Made by a program: the position numbers and the translations under genes. A DNA stretch of 9,244 bases from an archaeon (GTDB lineage: Archaea; Iainarchaeota; Iainarchaeia; Iainarchaeales; CSSED10-239), in contig JBAWVI010000035.1 of the NCBI GenBank assembly GCA_037147375.1, positions 1 to 9,244 of the forward strand, written 5' to 3'. Within the stretch, counting starts at the first letter, position 1, and the number at the start of each line of letters is the position of its first letter. The notes under the pieces were generated by a model. It had not been told where the DNA came from. It saw nothing but the letters and a program-made list of their open reading frames with translations, and made no database searches. Positions 7,591 to 9,244 of this stretch are shown in pieces.

Positions 7591-8640
7591 TTATGATTGC
7601 TTTAACCAGAGGTACTTATAGGTAAGAAAACGCTCAGAGAATATTCTTTTTCCTAGAAAGTAAGTATCTGCGTGCATAATATACCCTAAAAAACTACATA
7701 TTGATGATTCCAATTGTTCTAAAGAAATAGTGTTTCTTTTCAAAGCTTTAATAAGCCTTTTTGTTCTTTTTGTAAACTTAAGTATATTTGCTCTTCTAAG
7801 TCTGGTGTGCGTTGGAAATGTTTTATAACCTACAAAGTCAACTCCATCCTTAATAAGATAAATATTTGTTTTTCGATTAGGAATATCAAGATATAAGTTT
7901 CTACGCAAAAAATATTTGATCTTACGTTTATATACTCGTAATTCTTTTTTTAAATTTGAAAAAATTATAAAATCATCAACATATCTATAATAGTATTTCG
8001 CTTTAAGTTTATGCTTAACAAACTTATCAAGCTCATTAAGATATATGTTTGCAAATAATTGACTTGTAAGATTTCCTATTGGTATTCCTTTGTTATCTCC
8101 AAAATCTGAATGATCAGAATCTATTATTAAATTTATTAGCCATAAGATTTGTTTGTCTTTTATTTTCTTTGCAATAATCCTTTTTAAGACTGTATGATCA
8201 ATTGAAGGAAAATATTTACGCACATCTGCTTTTAATGCGTGTCCCTTAAATCTGAAATGTAATTGTACGTCTTTTCTTATTGCTTTTAGTGCAGTATGTG
8301 TCCCTTTTTTCTTTCTACACGCATATGAATTTGATATAAATGTTTTATCAAATATTGGTTCAATTAGGTTACAGAGTGCATGTTGGACGACCCTATCTCT
8401 AAATGGGGGTGCTTTAATTAATCTTTCCTTAGGTTCATAGATCTTAAACACAAAGTAATTTGAACAAGTGTATTTTTTTGTAATTAATTCATCTTGTATT
8501 TTGAATAATTCAGATTCAAGATTGTATTTAAAATCAGTTATTCCTTTTGTTTTCTTTTTAGATCTTTTTGCTTTTAAAAATGCAGAATGTAGGTTTTCAA
8601 AAGAAATAAACTTATCCCAAAGATTATTATGTGATTTCAT
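7591..8640 (-). CDS. Diversity-generating retroelement (DGR) reverse transcriptase
   Basis: 349 aa. The RT motifs have DGR-clade hallmarks: FRDRVVQHALCN, YACRKKKGTHTA, ADVRKYFPSIDH, GIPIGNLTSQLFANIYLN (IGNLTSQ at 8059-8079; the xGxxxSQ variant of motif 4 is diagnostic of DGR RTs) and YVDD (7972-7983). The protein is collinear with my recollection of Bordetella phage BPP-1 Brt. The N-terminus is NLWDKFISFENLHSAF vs NLIDQITTWENLLDAY in Brt, and the tail contains HADTYFL. There is no group II intron maturase or endonuclease extension. A TR-like element lies directly upstream. Confidence 0.9.
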   Translation of the reverse strand: MKSHNNLWDKFISFENLHSAFLKAKRSKKKTKGITDFKYNLESELFKIQDELITKKYTCSNYFVFKIYEPKERLIKAPPFRDRVVQHALCNLIEPIFDKTFISNSYACRKKKGTHTALKAIRKDVQLHFRFKGHALKADVRKYFPSIDHTVLKRIIAKKIKDKQILWLINLIIDSDHSDFGDNKGIPIGNLTSQLFANIYLNELDKFVKHKLKAKYYYRYVDDFIIFSNLKKELRVYKRKIKYFLRRNLYLDIPNRKTNIYLIKDGVDFVGYKTFPTHTRLRRANILKFTKRTKRLIKALKRNTISLEQLESSICSFLGYIMHADTYFLGKRIFSERFLTYKYLWLKQS

Positions 8641-8880
8641 ATTTTACTACACTGTATTTATAGAATATTAAATAAACAGAATTTTCGCTAGGTTAAAGTT
8701 AACTACTAGTTCTGTTTATCTTGATTTGATTTTGGCACTCTCCAATAAACTAGATTATTGGGCAAAAGATTGCAGCCAAAGAATACACACTGATGTAGTC
8801 AAAACTTATAACCTTCTTTAGATATCAAAAATCGTGGATATCTAAACTCTTTTTAGTTTCCTACATTTATATAGGAGTAT
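8641..8880 (-). ncRNA. Non-coding spacer between TR and RT, probable structured part of the DGR RNA
   Basis: No ORF on the minus strand. Three inverted repeats are present. The first is at 8817-8846 (10-bp stem tttagatatc/gatatctaaa, 10-nt loop). The second is at 8742-8761 (ccaataa/ttattgg, 6-nt loop). The third is an extended imperfect hairpin at 8672-8719, with outer stem ataaacagaa/ttctgtttat and inner stems ctag/ctag and gttaa/ttaac. The position corresponds to the spacer RNA needed for cDNA priming in the BPP-1 DGR. Confidence 0.4.
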
Positions 8881-9012
8881 GACTGCTACGCAGCGGAGCC
8901 CGATGTTGTTGTTCGTGTTGCCTGGTTCGTTATTCAAGTTCAAGGCCATGAGCCCTGCGTTAGTCCCATTGTTCCAGTTCCCGCCAAATAACAAGGCACG
9001 AGCACCAATGCA
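8881..9012 (-). repeat. DGR template repeat (TR); boundaries approximate
   Basis: The minus strand translates as CIGARALLFGGNWNNGTNAGLMALNLNNEPGNTNNNIGLRCVAV. This is the conserved CLec-fold DGR variable-region scaffold (GGxWNNGxNAG...NIG[LF]RC). Eleven of 25 consecutive codons are AAC/AAT. The stretch is about 53% G+C by hand count, against a much more AT-rich background, and has roughly 34 adenines on the minus strand. The frame is open (8845-9108) but has no start codon upstream of the scaffold, which fits a non-coding TR rather than a VR. Confidence 0.8.
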
Positions 9013-9085
9013 CTTTATACAGTATGATTCTCCTCTTTCTTTTTTAGATAACTTAGAAAGAAAGATAAAGATAAGTTGTACTAAA

Positions 9086-9093
9086 TATTTAAA
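9086..9093 (-). promoter_or_regulatory. Candidate archaeal TATA box upstream of TR
   Basis: The minus strand reads TTTAAATA within TTTTTAAATATTT (9083-9095), matching the archaeal TTTAWATA consensus. It lies between the avd stop (9120) and the TR. Such matches are common by chance in sequence this AT-rich. Confidence 0.25.
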
Positions 9094-9119
9094 AATAGGG
9101 TTATATAACTAAAATACAA

Positions 9120-9244
9120 TTAACTTTTGTTATTTATTATTAATTTACCAAGCATTTTGCCAATTTCATTAATTTCACGTTCTGCAAACTCATACTTTTT
9201 AAAATCAAGTATTTTAAGATCCTTTGAAAGGCGAATAAATACTC
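9120..9244 (-). CDS. avd: Avd-like accessory variability determinant (four-helix-bundle, 23S rRNA IVS protein family), C-terminal 40 codons only; truncated by the window edge
   Basis: This ORF is not in the supplied track because it runs off the window. The minus frame ending at TAA (9120-9122) reads VFIRLSKDLKILDFKKYEFAEREINEIGKMLGKLIINNKS*. The tail E-I-G-K-M-L-G-x-L-I matches the C-terminal helix of Avd / four-helix-bundle proteins (BPP-1 Avd has EVGRILGSWI). The position upstream of TR-RT is canonical. Confidence 0.55.
   Translation of the reverse strand, partial: VFIRLSKDLKILDFKKYEFAEREINEIGKMLGKLIINNKS

Larger units (their letters stand above)
7591..9244 (-). mobile_element. Diversity-generating retroelement cassette (avd - TR - spacer - RT); target gene and VR outside the window
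   Basis: A DGR-clade RT, an AAY-rich non-coding TR and an Avd-like ORF occur in the canonical order on one strand. Confidence 0.8.

Noticed and set aside
7547-7625. tRNA gene beginning GGGGGGGTAGCTGGCCAAGC
   Set aside because: No cloverleaf can be built. The D-stem pairing is poor and the near-invariant A14 is absent. I found no anticodon stem, no T-arm (TTCRA) and no complementary C-run for the acceptor stem on either strand. It is kept only as a low-interest observation about a fragment or half-tRNA.
7591-8640. RT as a group II intron maturase, retron RT or Abi/UG defence RT
   Set aside because: There is no maturase X or En domain and no flanking intron RNA domains. No msr/msd-like inverted-repeat ncRNA with a conserved branching G context was seen. 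The motif-4 IGNLTSQ, the QHALCN and YACRxxKGTH blocks, and the adjacent TR and Avd all point to a DGR.
8883-8893. Small hairpin ctgc-tac-gcag at the 3' end of the TR as a DGR homing hairpin
   Set aside because: It has only a 4-bp stem and a 3-nt loop. The functional hairpin described for BPP-1 lies downstream of the VR, not the TR. The element is too weak to call.
8881-9012. Possibility that this AAY-rich element is the variable repeat (3' end of a target gene) rather than the TR
   Set aside because: The open frame (8845-9108) begins after a TAG and has no ATG, GTG or TTG-plus-SD start upstream of the scaffold. It lies between avd and the RT, where TRs sit. Its Asn codons are all still AAY, whereas a VR would normally show many substituted positions. 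This cannot be fully excluded without the second repeat copy.
8879-9112. 77-aa plus-strand ORF (MTATQRSPMLLFVLPG...) from the ORF track
   Set aside because: It is the antisense shadow of the GC-rich template repeat. The opposite strand carries the recognisable CLec-type scaffold GGNWNNG...NIGLRC. The plus-strand product has no recognisable features and no upstream expression signals.
1-9244. Search for a second copy of the TR (a VR) inside the window
   Set aside because: By eye, no other segment has comparable GC content or the ggcgggaactggaacaatggg / atcgggctccgctgc anchors. The 5820-7451 gene downstream of the RT is uniformly AT-rich. The VR is therefore presumed to be off-window.

Overview
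Very AT-rich window in which every credible gene is on the minus strand. The replication and repair genes (AEP-type primase PriS, GINS, Rad50) are archaeal. The composition and tight gene packing suggest a small-genome, DPANN-like archaeon, but that is inference. Reading the minus strand from the right edge, the window holds: (1) the 3' end of an Avd-like four-helix-bundle gene, truncated by the window edge; (2) a non-coding, locally GC-rich stretch of about 130 nt packed with AAY (Asn) codons, which reads as a C-type-lectin-fold variable-region scaffold and is called here as a DGR template repeat (TR); (3) a hairpin-rich spacer of about 240 nt; (4) a reverse transcriptase with DGR-clade motifs. 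Together these form a diversity-generating retroelement (avd-TR-RT). Its target gene and variable repeat (VR) are not in the window and are predicted beyond position 9244. Downstream of the RT is an AlbA_2 / HATPase_c_4 / wHTH protein carrying a perfect 12-nt x3 in-frame repeat. After that comes a tightly coupled operon: rad50, priS, gins, and two tandem paralogs of an uncharacterised family. All family assignments come from motifs recognised by eye. No database search was run.
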